Origin: an uncultured Muribaculaceae bacterium
GTDB lineage: Bacteria > Bacteroidota > Bacteroidia > Bacteroidales > UBA932
NCBI GenBank assembly: GCA_964621625.1
Contig: CAZULV010000001.1
Coordinates: forward strand, 151,411-183,410
Direction of reading: 5' to 3'
DNA: 32,000 nt
The notes under the pieces were generated by a model, which did no database searches, was not told the origin of the DNA, and saw only the letters and a program-made list of their open reading frames with translations. The position numbers and the translations under genes were made by a program. Below, piece by piece: positions 1 through 8,934 of this stretch. The first letter of the stretch is position 1. Each line of letters starts with the position of its first letter.

Positions 1-2
1 TC

Positions 3-1100
3 ATGAATTTACATTTGCAAAAAAAACAGTATATGCAAAAATCATTTATTAATATTGGGGTTGCCGGTATATTGCTTTTATGTGTGGGATGCAGCGGAGG
101 CAATACGGTACAACAGAAAGAGGCTGTGGTAAAGACAGACACAGTAAAGATGAGCGGAGTTGCCGAATCATTGGAGTTTCCGGCAAAAGTAAAGGCGGCA
201 GAAAAGGTGAATATGGCCTTTAAGGTTAGCGGTACATTACAGAGTGTGTTTTACAAAGAGGGGGAATATGTTAAAAAAGGTTTGCCTGTTGCTGCTTTGG
301 ATTCTCGTGATTACGAATTGCTGTTGCAGGCAACAGAGGCCGAGTATAAAAATATAAAGGCCGATGCGGAGCGCGTAATTGCAATGTATGCCGATAGTGC
401 GGTTTCTGCATCTGCTTATGATAAAGCCCGTTATGGCTTGCAGCAGATAGAGTCTAAGTATGAAAATGCTGTAAATCAGCTCGCGGATACAAAGCTTTAT
501 GCTCCGTTTAACGCGTATGTAGAGAGTGTGATTTTTGAGCCGCAGTCGGTTGTTGGAGCCGGAATGCCTGTTGTAACTGTTATATCGGCCGATAAAGAGG
601 AGATTGAGATAAATATTCCTGCTTCTGTATATATGAAGCGGGGAGATATAGAGTCGTTTACTGCCTGTTTCGACTATCTCTCAGGTGAATCTATGCCGCT
701 ATCGCTTGTAAGCATGAGTAAAAATGCAAATTCCAACCAGCTATATACGGTAAGGTTGCAGATTTCCGGCAGTGTTAAGGAGCGCCCTTCGGTTGGTATG
801 AATGGTGTTGTAAATCTACTGTTCAAAAACAGCGGCAGTTGCGATGTGCAGATTCCATCTTCTGCCCTTTTTCAAAAAAATGGAGAGAGTTGTGTGTGGA
901 TATGTACACCTTCCGGTGGTACGGTAACCATGAGGAGTGTTAAGGTAAAAAGTTTGCATACAGATGGAATGGCTGTAATTTCAGAGGGGCTTTCTACAGG
1001 TGATGTGGTTGTATCTGCCGGTGTAAGCAATCTCGTTGAAGGACAATCTGTAAAGAGGGCCGAAGGCAGTACTGCAACTAATGTGGGAGGATTGTTATGA
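3..1100 (+). CDS. Efflux RND transporter periplasmic adaptor (membrane-fusion protein), lipoprotein
   Basis: 365-aa ORF. It has a lipoprotein signal (..GILLLCVGC/SGG) and an HlyD/RND-adaptor layout: a lipoyl-like segment 'FKVSGTLQSV..VKKG', a coiled-coil region, and 'LYAPFNAYV' entering the beta-barrel. Its stop overlaps the pump start (ATGA at 1097-1100). ATG 33 is an alternative start. The promoter lies outside the window. Confidence 0.85.
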   Translation: MNLHLQKKQYMQKSFINIGVAGILLLCVGCSGGNTVQQKEAVVKTDTVKMSGVAESLEFPAKVKAAEKVNMAFKVSGTLQSVFYKEGEYVKKGLPVAALDSRDYELLLQATEAEYKNIKADAERVIAMYADSAVSASAYDKARYGLQQIESKYENAVNQLADTKLYAPFNAYVESVIFEPQSVVGAGMPVVTVISADKEEIEINIPASVYMKRGDIESFTACFDYLSGESMPLSLVSMSKNANSNQLYTVRLQISGSVKERPSVGMNGVVNLLFKNSGSCDVQIPSSALFQKNGESCVWICTPSGGTVTMRSVKVKSLHTDGMAVISEGLSTGDVVVSAGVSNLVEGQSVKRAEGSTATNVGGLL

Positions 1101-4100
1101 TAGATTTTGGTAAATGGGCTTTCAATAACAGCAAACTTGTCTATTTCTGTATAGCCGTGCTTATGGTGGGCGGAATATTGTCGGCATACAAAATGAGCAA
1201 ACTGGAAGACCCTGAGATAAAAGTAAAATTGGCAATGGTTGTTGCAGTGCGTCCCGGAGCATCTGCACATGAAATGGAGCTTGAGGTTACAGATCCTTTG
1301 GAAAAATCCATAAGGACAATGGGAGACCTTGAAAATGTGCAGAGCTGGTCATATAATGATTTGGCAATTCTGCAGGTTGAGATGAAACGTACTACACCGG
1401 ATTCTCAAATCGAGCAGTGCTGGGATATGTTGCGCAGAAAGGTTTATGACACATCTTTGCCCGACGGAACATCTGTTCAGGTTCAGGACGACTTTGGATT
1501 GGTTTATGGAATGTTGTATGCACTTGTAGGTGAGGATTTCTCGGAAAAAGAACTTTCTGATTATGCCAATCTTATAAAACGAGAGGTTACAGATATTCCC
1601 GGAGTGGCCGGGGTTATAATTTACGGTGAAAGACAGCAGTGTATAAATGTAGAATTGCTCCCTCAGAAAATGGCATCTCTCGGAGTCTCTCCTGTTGAGG
1701 TAATCTCTACTCTTCAAGGGCAGAACGGAGTTTACTATGCCGGATATTACGATAACGGAAGTCGCAGGGTGAGAGTATCGGTTGACGATAAATTTAAAAC
1801 AGTGGAGCAGATACAGAAAATGATAATCCGCGGACACGAAGATGATATGTTGCGGCTCGGCGATATTGCCACAGTACGTGAGGACTACTCTGAGCCTGTG
1901 CGCAATTCGTTGACTTATAACGGTAAAAAGGCTTTGGGAATAGCAGTGGCTGCATCTTCCGGAACAGATATAGTTAAAGTGGGAAGTGATGTTGAATCTG
2001 TACTGAACAATTTGTTTGAAAACCGTTTGCCTGCCGGATTAGAGTGTGAAAAGATATTCTATCAGCCTGAGCGTGTTATAGATGCACTCTCTGTATTCTT
2101 TATAAATCTTATAGAATCTGTAGTAATAGTGATAGCCATTCTTATGCTCACTATGGGATTCAAAAGCGGAGTGATTATAGGAATAAGCCTTGTAACTATT
2201 GTAATAGGCTCTTTCCTTATACTTGGCATGGCCGACGGTTCTATGCAACGTGTCTCTTTGGGAGCGTTTATACTGGCAATGGGAATGTTGGTAGATAATG
2301 CCATAGTTATTGTAGACGGAATACTTATAGATATGAAACTCGGCAAGCCTAGAATGGAGGCCTTGACTGCAATAGGACGCAAGACTGCAATGCCTCTTTT
2401 GGGAGCAACTCTTATAGCCATACTTGCATTTCTGCCTGTATTCCTTTCTCCTGATACTGCCGGAGTTTACGTGAGGGATTTGTTTATAGTGCTTGCCGTA
2501 AGTTTGTTGCTGAGCTGGATATTGGCTTTGGTGCATGTGCCTCTTATGTGCAACTCTTGGTTTGGAAAAGGCAAGTCTGAAAATAAAACAGAATCATCTG
2601 GGCAAAATGTGGAAAGTCTGTATCAGGGAAAGATATATCAGTATCTTAGAAAGGCATTGAATTTTGGACTTAAACACAGGTTTGCCTCAACGGCATGCGC
2701 TGTTTTGCTTATACTGCTGAGCCTTTATGCAGCACGTTTTATGCGCAAAGGTTTCTTCCCGGATATGGTGTATGACCAACTTTATATGGAGTATAAACTT
2801 CCGGAAGGTGTAAACTCTTCGCGTGTGGCCTCTGATCTTAAAGATATAGGTGACTATTTGCTTCAAAGAGAAGAGATAACCGATGTTACAGCCTCTGTGG
2901 GCGGAACACCTGCCCGTTACAATCTTGTAAGGAGTATTGCAACCCCGTCGCTCTCTTATGGAGAACTTATTATAAGTTTTAGCTCTGTAAAGGCATTGGA
3001 GCAGAATATGGAGGAGATACAGCAAGAGCTTCTTTCTATGTACCCCGATGCGTATATAAAGCTAAAGAAGTATAATATAATGTATAAAAAGTACCCGATA
3101 GAGGCTCTTTTTACCGGTCCTGACCCTGCCGTATTGCGCAATTTGGCCGATTCTGCCGCTTCAATTATGAAGGCAACTGCCTCTGTGCGATTGATTACAA
3201 CAGATTTAGAACCGCAAGTACCGTTGCTCTCGATTGATTATGACCAGTCTGCTGCACGCACTGCAGGTCTTTCGAGACAGGATATTTCTACCTCTATACT
3301 TACTGCAACAGGTGGAATCCCGGTAGGAACATTCTATGACGGGTTGCATAAAAATACAATATATCTCAAGTGTACAGAGCCCGACGGAGCTGCGGTTGAT
3401 AATCTCGAAAATGTGCCGTTATTCTCTATGTTGCCTGATTTTACCTCGCTTCTCGATGAACAGACGTTGTTGGAGTTTAAATCTGGAAATCTTAATCGCG
3501 AAGAGATAGTTGAAAAATTGTTGCATACTGTTCCTCTTGGAACTGTAAGCCGCGGTGTGGATATAGAATGGGAGAATCCTATAGTACGACGCTATGACGG
3601 GCAACGCTCTGCAACTGTAATGTGTTCTCCTGCTCCGGGTGTTGAGACCGAGGCTGCAAGACAGGAAATTGCAGAGAAGATAGAGCAGATTCCTCTTCCT
3701 GAAGGTTATGAACTTATCTGGTTGGGAGAAAAGGATGCAAGTTCAAAAACAATGTACTATCTCTTTAATAACATTCCTCTTGGAGTGGTACTTATGCTTG
3801 CTATACTCATTCTCCTGTTTAAAGATTACAAAAAGCCGGCAATTATAATATGCTGCATACCTCTTCTTGCCGTTGGAATTGTAGGTGCAATGCTTATTAC
3901 AGGGCAGACATTTACATTCTGTGCAATTGTAGGTGCTTTAGGACTTGTGGGAATGCTTATGAAGAACTGTATAGTGCTTATGGATGAGATAGGAGAGCAG
4001 ATAAACTCCGGAAAAGAGCCGTTTGAAGCTCTTATTTCAAGCTCCGAAAGTCGTTTGAGACCTGTAATGATGGCCTCTCTTACAACAATACTCGGAATGA

Positions 4101-4237
4101 TTCCTCTGCTTAGCGATGCCATGTTCGGCCCAATGGCGGCAGCTATTATGGGCGGATTGTTCTTCTCTACATTTGCAACGCTCTTCTTTGTTCCTGTGCT
4201 GTATGCAATGTTCTTTAGAGTAAAAAACAATGATTAA
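1097..4237 (+). CDS. Efflux RND transporter permease subunit (AcrB/AcrD/AcrF family)
   Basis: 1046-aa ORF with the 12-TM, two-large-periplasmic-loop architecture. TM4 reads 'GMLVDNAIVIVDG' and TM10 reads 'GMLMKNCIVLMDE'. It is sandwiched between adaptor and TolC genes with overlapping stop/start codons. Confidence 0.95.
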   Translation: MIDFGKWAFNNSKLVYFCIAVLMVGGILSAYKMSKLEDPEIKVKLAMVVAVRPGASAHEMELEVTDPLEKSIRTMGDLENVQSWSYNDLAILQVEMKRTTPDSQIEQCWDMLRRKVYDTSLPDGTSVQVQDDFGLVYGMLYALVGEDFSEKELSDYANLIKREVTDIPGVAGVIIYGERQQCINVELLPQKMASLGVSPVEVISTLQGQNGVYYAGYYDNGSRRVRVSVDDKFKTVEQIQKMIIRGHEDDMLRLGDIATVREDYSEPVRNSLTYNGKKALGIAVAASSGTDIVKVGSDVESVLNNLFENRLPAGLECEKIFYQPERVIDALSVFFINLIESVVIVIAILMLTMGFKSGVIIGISLVTIVIGSFLILGMADGSMQRVSLGAFILAMGMLVDNAIVIVDGILIDMKLGKPRMEALTAIGRKTAMPLLGATLIAILAFLPVFLSPDTAGVYVRDLFIVLAVSLLLSWILALVHVPLMCNSWFGKGKSENKTESSGQNVESLYQGKIYQYLRKALNFGLKHRFASTACAVLLILLSLYAARFMRKGFFPDMVYDQLYMEYKLPEGVNSSRVASDLKDIGDYLLQREEITDVTASVGGTPARYNLVRSIATPSLSYGELIISFSSVKALEQNMEEIQQELLSMYPDAYIKLKKYNIMYKKYPIEALFTGPDPAVLRNLADSAASIMKATASVRLITTDLEPQVPLLSIDYDQSAARTAGLSRQDISTSILTATGGIPVGTFYDGLHKNTIYLKCTEPDGAAVDNLENVPLFSMLPDFTSLLDEQTLLEFKSGNLNREEIVEKLLHTVPLGTVSRGVDIEWENPIVRRYDGQRSATVMCSPAPGVETEAARQEIAEKIEQIPLPEGYELIWLGEKDASSKTMYYLFNNIPLGVVLMLAILILLFKDYKKPAIIICCIPLLAVGIVGAMLITGQTFTFCAIVGALGLVGMLMKNCIVLMDEIGEQINSGKEPFEALISSSESRLRPVMMASLTTILGMIPLLSDAMFGPMAAAIMGGLFFSTFATLFFVPVLYAMFFRVKNND

Positions 4238-5627
4238 CAGTAAAAGAAATATTCAGATGAAATACAATATGTTAGTAAAATATGGGATTGGGGCGTTTTT
4301 TATAGGCAGTCTCATCTTGTTGCCGTTTATTGGCAGAGCTCAGGAAAAACTTACTCTTGAGCAGTGTATAATATTGGCAAAGGAGGCCGACAAGACCGTT
4401 CAGGCTGCTATGTATGGCGAAGAATCTGCCGGATACGATAAAAATGCCGCAAAGGCTAACTTTTTTCCGTCATTTTCTATTTCCGGAATAGGAACATGGT
4501 CTAAGGCTACGGAATCCTATTCGAGCGGAGACGGAATGTTGCCTGTTTTTGGCGCTGACGGAAAACCAACAGGTTCTTCGGCATATTTCCCTGGTATTGA
4601 TCTCAATCTTGAACTTGGCTTGCTATATTCTGTTGGAGTTACGGTTGAACAGCCTGTATACATGGGTGGAAAGGTGCGTACCGGGTATAAAATGGCCTCA
4701 TTGGGCAATGAGCTTGCCTCGCAGAACCGCAGACTTGCAGAGCAGGATATAATAATAAATGTCTCAAAATCGTATGCAAATGCTGTAAAGGCTTCGGAAC
4801 TTGTTAAGGTGGCCATGTCTTACCGTGATTTGCTTGAGGAACTTATGCACTCGGTTGAATCTGCCAAACGACATGGTATGAAATCTTATAACGATGTGTT
4901 AAAAGTTAAGGTAAAATTAGATGAAAGCATGCTCAATCTGCAGAAGGCAGAAAACGGACTTGAGCTTGCCCTTATGGATTTATGCCGCCACATAGGGTAT
5001 AAACTTACGGCAGACATAAAGATTGATACCCTTTTGCCGGCAATATCTATGCACCCGGAAATGTTTTCTGAAATTGATATAACCAACAGACCCGAATATA
5101 TAATGTTGGAAAAGAAAAGCGAGCTTGCCATGCGCAAAGTTAATTTTGTAAAGAGCGATGCGCTGCCGCAATTGGGTGTTTTTGGGCAATACGGATATTT
5201 TCACGGTTTGGAACTTAATAACACGAAATTATTAGGCGATTGGAATTTTATAGCAGGAGTAAAGCTCTCTGTGCCTCTGTTCCATTTTGGCGGCAGGGCA
5301 AATAAGGTGCGATCTGCCAAGGCGCTTTACAAGCAGACCGCTGCGGAGCGTGAGAATACAAACAGTCTTTTGGAATTGGAGGCTGTGCAAGCTGCGAACA
5401 ATCTTAAAGAGGCAGAACTTGAACTTAAATTGGCATTGTCTTCTGTAGAGTCGGCAAATGAGAATCTTCGTACAAGTACAAAGCAGTATGAAGCTGGCTT
5501 GGAGTCGTTGTCTGATCTTTTGGAGGCCCAGACTTTATGGCAACAGGCGAATCAGGCTCTTATAGACGCCAGAATAGGCAGATATATATCATTGATAACA
5601 TATCAGAAAGTATCCGGACAGATGTAG
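4230..5627 (+). CDS. TolC-family outer-membrane efflux protein
   Basis: 465-aa ORF with a signal peptide (..LLPFIGRAQE) and the typical OMF opening 'LTLEQCIILAKE'. It shows the duplicated TolC repeat pattern and ends '..SDLLEAQ..LI.AR..Y'. It overlaps the pump gene by 8 nt. ATGs at 4257 and 4269 are alternative starts. Confidence 0.9.
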   Translation: MINSKRNIQMKYNMLVKYGIGAFFIGSLILLPFIGRAQEKLTLEQCIILAKEADKTVQAAMYGEESAGYDKNAAKANFFPSFSISGIGTWSKATESYSSGDGMLPVFGADGKPTGSSAYFPGIDLNLELGLLYSVGVTVEQPVYMGGKVRTGYKMASLGNELASQNRRLAEQDIIINVSKSYANAVKASELVKVAMSYRDLLEELMHSVESAKRHGMKSYNDVLKVKVKLDESMLNLQKAENGLELALMDLCRHIGYKLTADIKIDTLLPAISMHPEMFSEIDITNRPEYIMLEKKSELAMRKVNFVKSDALPQLGVFGQYGYFHGLELNNTKLLGDWNFIAGVKLSVPLFHFGGRANKVRSAKALYKQTAAERENTNSLLELEAVQAANNLKEAELELKLALSSVESANENLRTSTKQYEAGLESLSDLLEAQTLWQQANQALIDARIGRYISLITYQKVSGQM

Positions 5628-5696
5628 GAGCAATCCTCATCTTTTCGGATTTTGGCAACATTGCCTGGATTTTTGAAGGGATTTCACTAAAAACAG

Positions 5697-5729
5697 AAAA
5701 ACCGGTCCAAATATTTGAACCGGTTTTTT
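5697..5729. terminator. Bidirectional Rho-independent terminator shared by the TolC gene (+) and tRNA-Asp (-)
   Basis: AAAAACCGGT (5697-5706) pairs perfectly with ACCGGTTTTT (5719-5728), giving a 10-bp stem and a 12-nt loop. An A-run lies on one side and a T-run on the other, so it reads as hairpin plus U-tract on both strands. It sits 70 nt after the TolC stop and 2 nt after the tRNA 3' end. Confidence 0.7.
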
Positions 5730-5730
5730 G

Positions 5731-5805
5731 CGGTGCGGACGGGGCTCGAACCCGCGACCCCATGCGTGACAGGCATGTATTCTAACCAAGCTGAACTACC
5801 GCACC
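5731..5805 (-). tRNA. tRNA-Asp (anticodon GTC)
   Basis: I folded the minus-strand read by hand: GGTGCGG-TA-GTTC-AGCTTGGTTA-GAAT-A-CATGC-CTGTCAC-GCATG-GGGTC-GCGGG-TTCGAGC-CCCGT-CCGCACC-G. The acceptor stem is 7 bp, the D stem 4 bp, the anticodon stem 5 bp with loop CU-GUC-AC, and the T stem 5 bp with a TTCGAGC loop. Total 75 nt. CCA is not encoded. Confidence 0.95.
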
Positions 5806-5809
5806 TAAA

Positions 5810-5817
5810 CAAAATTA
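5810..5817 (-). promoter_or_regulatory. Bacteroidetes-type -7 box (TAATTTTG) for tRNA-Asp
   Basis: The minus strand reads caTAATTTTGttta immediately followed by the tRNA 5' end, an exact match to TAnnTTTG. A second exact box, TATCTTTG, lies further upstream at 5866-5873 (minus strand). Confidence 0.5.
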
Positions 5818-5922
5818 TGAAAAAACTTCTACCCATTCGGGATACCTTGTTTCCGTTTGGGATTGCAAAGATAGGTATCTTTTTTTATTCTGCAAAAAAA
5901 AATGAAAAAAATTTCAAAAAAA

Positions 5923-6465
5923 TTAACATTTTTTTCCAAAGAAAGAAAAATGCACATTTCCGTATTTCTTCTCTTTTATGAAAAACGGGTGATTTTCAAA
6001 GTTATAGCTTGCGGGATGCTCCAATATGAGGTATCCGTTGTCTGCAACTAAATTTTTTTTGTCAAATACTTTGTCGGGAATGCTCTCTAATCCCTCTATG
6101 CTGTATGGTGGATCTGCAAAAACAATATCAAAAGAACGTGTGCATATTTTTAGAAAGTCAAAGGCATTGTACCTTATAACTTGCATCCCCTTTATCTTAA
6201 ATACAGTTGCGCATTGCTTTATAAAACGTGTGTGCAACGGATTCATCTCAATGCTTATTATGTCTTTGCAGCCGCGTGAGGCAAATTCCATACTTATGCT
6301 TCCTGTGCCGGAAAACAAATCCAATACAGATATGTTTTCTATATCGAATTCATTTATAAGAATGTTAAAAAGTCCCTCTTTTGCAAAATCTGTAGTGGGA
6401 CGTGCCTGATAATTGTTGGGAGGCAATATGCTCTTTCCCTTTAATGCTCCTCCTATAATTCTCAT
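5923..6465 (-). CDS. rsmD: 16S rRNA (guanine966-N2)-methyltransferase RsmD
   Basis: 180-aa ORF. The N-terminus 'MRIIGGALKGKSI..P....RPTTD..KE.LFNIL' is the RsmD signature. It also has the SAM-binding 'VLDLFSGTGSISMEFASRG' and the 'DIVFADPPY' motif. Confidence 0.92.
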   Translation of the reverse strand: MRIIGGALKGKSILPPNNYQARPTTDFAKEGLFNILINEFDIENISVLDLFSGTGSISMEFASRGCKDIISIEMNPLHTRFIKQCATVFKIKGMQVIRYNAFDFLKICTRSFDIVFADPPYSIEGLESIPDKVFDKKNLVADNGYLILEHPASYNFENHPFFIKEKKYGNVHFSFFGKKC

Positions 6466-6466
6466 T

Positions 6467-6937
6467 TTATAGATTATGTAGTTTGCAATCTTTGAAATAT
6501 CTGTTTACAAGCTCTATGTCTTGCGGCTCCATTGCATTGTAAAAATGCAGTTCTGTAAGCAGCGGATTAAACATCATCTGTTGGGTTGCCAGCATTATAA
6601 AATAGAGGGCTGTTGTAAAGTCGGCGGCTTTATAAGAGTTTGCAAGACGCAGCTTTTCCCCCTCGGCCGCTGTTATAAACACAATCTGCTTTTCTTTGCA
6701 GAAACTTACCGCTATTTTGTTGTGTTCCTTTATTTCTCCTGTCTTCTTTAATAGAAAACAGATTAGAGGAAGAGACTCCGTATTATCCTTCATAAAATAG
6801 AGTACAGCGCCATATTGCTCTATTGCAACATGAGCTATATTCTCGTTTGTACAAGTTCCAAAAAGCTTTTTGAGAAATTCGGGAGAATCCATCTGTTGAG
6901 GAACCAACGTGAATTTATCTGTAATTGAGTAATCCAT
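6467..6937 (-). CDS. Hypothetical protein, resembles the C-terminal two-thirds of the DUF3822 family
   Basis: 156-aa ORF ending 1 nt before the rsmD start, so the two are probably co-transcribed. I remember a DUF3822 gene upstream of rsmD as a recurring Bacteroidetes arrangement. The 'FTLVPQQM..' and '..LRLANSY....DF..ALYFIML..QQM.F.P..TELHFY' segments fit what I recall of that family. The family N-terminal part is absent. Confidence 0.55.
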   Translation of the reverse strand: MDYSITDKFTLVPQQMDSPEFLKKLFGTCTNENIAHVAIEQYGAVLYFMKDNTESLPLICFLLKKTGEIKEHNKIAVSFCKEKQIVFITAAEGEKLRLANSYKAADFTTALYFIMLATQQMMFNPLLTELHFYNAMEPQDIELVNRYFKDCKLHNL

Positions 6938-6964
6938 ATTAAATATATGCAGTATAATTCACGC

Positions 6965-6972
6965 CAAAAGTA
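6965..6972 (-). promoter_or_regulatory. -7 box (TACTTTTG) for the DUF3822-like/rsmD unit
   Basis: Exact TAnnTTTG on the minus strand about 28 nt upstream of the ATG at 6937. A second exact box, TACGTTTG, lies roughly 35 nt further upstream on the same strand. Confidence 0.4.
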
Positions 6973-7031
6973 CAAAAATAAGGGATTACTGCCAAACGTA
7001 ATACATAATTTGCCATTTGGGTATATAACAT

Positions 7032-7062
7032 AAAAAAGCTGCCGAATAATATATCCGGCAGC
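7032..7062 (-). terminator. Rho-independent terminator of the 7106-7783 gene
   Basis: The minus strand reads GCTGCCG-gatatattatt-CGGCAGC followed by TTTTTT. That is a 7-bp GC-rich stem (7038-7044 with 7056-7062) and a T-tract (7032-7037), about 45 nt after the stop codon. Confidence 0.75.
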
Positions 7063-7105
7063 CAATTATTGTTTGTTTTATGTGTGAACTAAAGTTCCTT
7101 TGTGA

Positions 7106-7783
7106 TTACTCCCAGTTACCTGCATTGTTGTTAGGAGCGTCAACGCTACCAACTTTCAAACCAGGATAACGGCCGGTATCGTTTCTTTCTGCATTAAGGT
7201 TTACAATCAACTGATGATTCAATCCTTTCAAAAGAGCAGAGAACGGCATGCTTGCCTCAAATAGAGGAACATCTACGCCTGATACCTGTTTTACAACAGC
7301 TTTCATGTCTACAGTAGCACCCTCTGAGAATGGAATATATTTCAAATCCTCAACCTTGAAGTGCTCTCTTTTTAGCAAAGTATCCTTTACAGGAATCTGA
7401 GTGTTTATAGACAATACGAGATTCATACCTTTCTCGTAGTAAGCCAACAACTCTTCGTTGGTGATTTTTCTGTTTCTTTTCTTTAAAGCCTCAGTATTTG
7501 CAACAGCAACAGAGTCGTCCATTGAACCAATCTGTTTTACAATTGTAATCTGACCGTTGTTGTAGAAATCAATAAGAGTATCCATGCTCTCGGTGAACTT
7601 ACCGAATTTACTCTTGTAAGCAGTTTGAAGAGTACGAATGTCTTTCAATCTTTGGATTGCAACCTTCTCTCTATTTTCTCTTTCTTTCTTGAAAACTACT
7701 GGCTCTTGAATGCTGTTCCAGATAAGAACTCCTAAAACTACAATTATTGCAGGGAGTACCAAAAATGTTAAAATCTTTTTCAT
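7106..7783 (-). CDS. Membrane-anchored protein of unknown function
   Basis: 225-aa ORF with one N-terminal hydrophobic anchor (MKKILTFLVLPAIIVVLGVLIW), then a charged helix and a soluble domain ending '..NNNAGNWE'. It has its own -7 box and its own terminator. I recognise no catalytic motif. Confidence 0.7.
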   Translation of the reverse strand: MKKILTFLVLPAIIVVLGVLIWNSIQEPVVFKKERENREKVAIQRLKDIRTLQTAYKSKFGKFTESMDTLIDFYNNGQITIVKQIGSMDDSVAVANTEALKKRNRKITNEELLAYYEKGMNLVLSINTQIPVKDTLLKREHFKVEDLKYIPFSEGATVDMKAVVKQVSGVDVPLFEASMPFSALLKGLNHQLIVNLNAERNDTGRYPGLKVGSVDAPNNNAGNWE

Positions 7784-7818
7784 TGATATGTGTGTATTTT
7801 ATATGTCATTTTATCGGA

Positions 7819-7826
7819 CAAAAGTA
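7819..7826 (-). promoter_or_regulatory. -7 box (TACTTTTG) for the 7106-7783 gene
   Basis: Exact TAnnTTTG on the minus strand about 36 nt upstream of the ATG at 7783. It is the divergent partner of the nrnA box. Confidence 0.45.
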
Positions 7827-7857
7827 AAAAATTTATTCTACCCATGCAATATATTTT

Positions 7858-7865
7858 TAATTTTG
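7858..7865 (+). promoter_or_regulatory. -7 box (TAATTTTG) for nrnA and the FKBP genes
   Basis: Exact TAnnTTTG 26 nt upstream of the predicted nrnA start. Confidence 0.45.
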
Positions 7866-7890
7866 CAGCAAATAAATTGATGAATAAAAG

Positions 7891-8934
7891 TTGAACGGTG
7901 TGGATAGAATAAAAAAAATAGTATCGTTAATATCTGATTCTGAGAATATTGTATTAATGGGACATGTTAATCCCGATGGCGATGCCATAGGTTCTCTTAC
8001 CGGTTTTAAATCTTTTCTTAAAGAGAACGGGAAAGCTGCTACTATAATAGTTCCAAATAACTACGCAGGTTTTCTGGAATTTCTCGACCCTTACCATGAA
8101 ATAGTAATCTATAGAGAGAGTAGGGAATCGGCTGAACGTATTGTTGCTGCAGCCGATTTAATAATCTGTATGGATTTTAACTCTCTCAGGCGTATAGAAC
8201 AGCTTGGAGAGGATGTGGCATGCAGCAAAGCCGCCAAAGTGCTTATAGATCATCATTTGCAGCCTGATGATATTTTTGATGTGGCGTTTTCCGATGTGTC
8301 TGCTTCTTCTACCTGTGAGGTCGCATATTACATTTTAAAAGATATTTGCAGCACATGCAGCTCTTTTGGAGGTATTTCTGTAGAGTCCGGAATTTCGTTT
8401 TATACCGGTCTTATGACGGATACCAACAATTTTGCCAACTCGGTACGTCCGCAAACATTCCGTATGGCTTGTGAATTGCTCGAAATGGGGATAGACAAAG
8501 AGGATATACAGTTTAAAGTTTATAGCGGATTTAAAGAGAGCCGTATGCGTATGATGGGATATATGCTTTATGAAAACATGAAAGTGTTTAAAGAGCACAA
8601 GGCCGGTTTTATGCTTATAACTAATGATTTGAAAGAGAAATTCAATTATTCCGACGGCGATTCCGAAGGCTTTGTTAACCTTCCTCTTAATATAAAGGGT
8701 GTTGAGGTTTCGGCTCTTTTTACCGAGGCCGACGGATTTTTAAAGGTGTCTTTACGCTCTAAGGGCGATTTCTCTGTAAACCGATTGGCCCGTATGTATT
8801 TTAATGGCGGAGGCCACGAAAGGGCCGCAGGAGGTAAAGTGTATATACCGGTAAATGAGATAGAGGAGTATTTTTTGCAGAAGCTGCAAGAATATAGGCA
8901 TACGATTTGTTATGAGAGTATCTGTCAAAAATAA
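7891..8934 (+). CDS. nrnA: DHH-family phosphoesterase, NrnA-type oligoribonuclease / pAp phosphatase
   Basis: 347-aa ORF with the DHH-family motifs in order: 'GHVNPDGDAIGS', 'ICMDFNS', 'LIDHH', and the DHHA1 'GGGHERAAGG'. The start is TTG 7891, or GTG 7900; there is no upstream in-frame ATG. Confidence 0.88.
   Translation: MNGVDRIKKIVSLISDSENIVLMGHVNPDGDAIGSLTGFKSFLKENGKAATIIVPNNYAGFLEFLDPYHEIVIYRESRESAERIVAAADLIICMDFNSLRRIEQLGEDVACSKAAKVLIDHHLQPDDIFDVAFSDVSASSTCEVAYYILKDICSTCSSFGGISVESGISFYTGLMTDTNNFANSVRPQTFRMACELLEMGIDKEDIQFKVYSGFKESRMRMMGYMLYENMKVFKEHKAGFMLITNDLKEKFNYSDGDSEGFVNLPLNIKGVEVSALFTEADGFLKVSLRSKGDFSVNRLARMYFNGGGHERAAGGKVYIPVNEIEEYFLQKLQEYRHTICYESICQK

Noticed and set aside
5731-5805. 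tRNA-Asp as a possible integration site for a genomic island
   Set aside because: Both flanks are housekeeping or efflux genes. There is no integrase, and I could not find a repeat of the tRNA 3' segment elsewhere in the window.
5537-5981. Small ORFs (82, 67 and 88 aa) across the TolC end, the tRNA and the intergenic region
   Set aside because: They overlap the hand-folded tRNA-Asp and the terminator hairpin. The 5715-5981 ORF is translated largely from tRNA sequence and A/T homopolymer runs.
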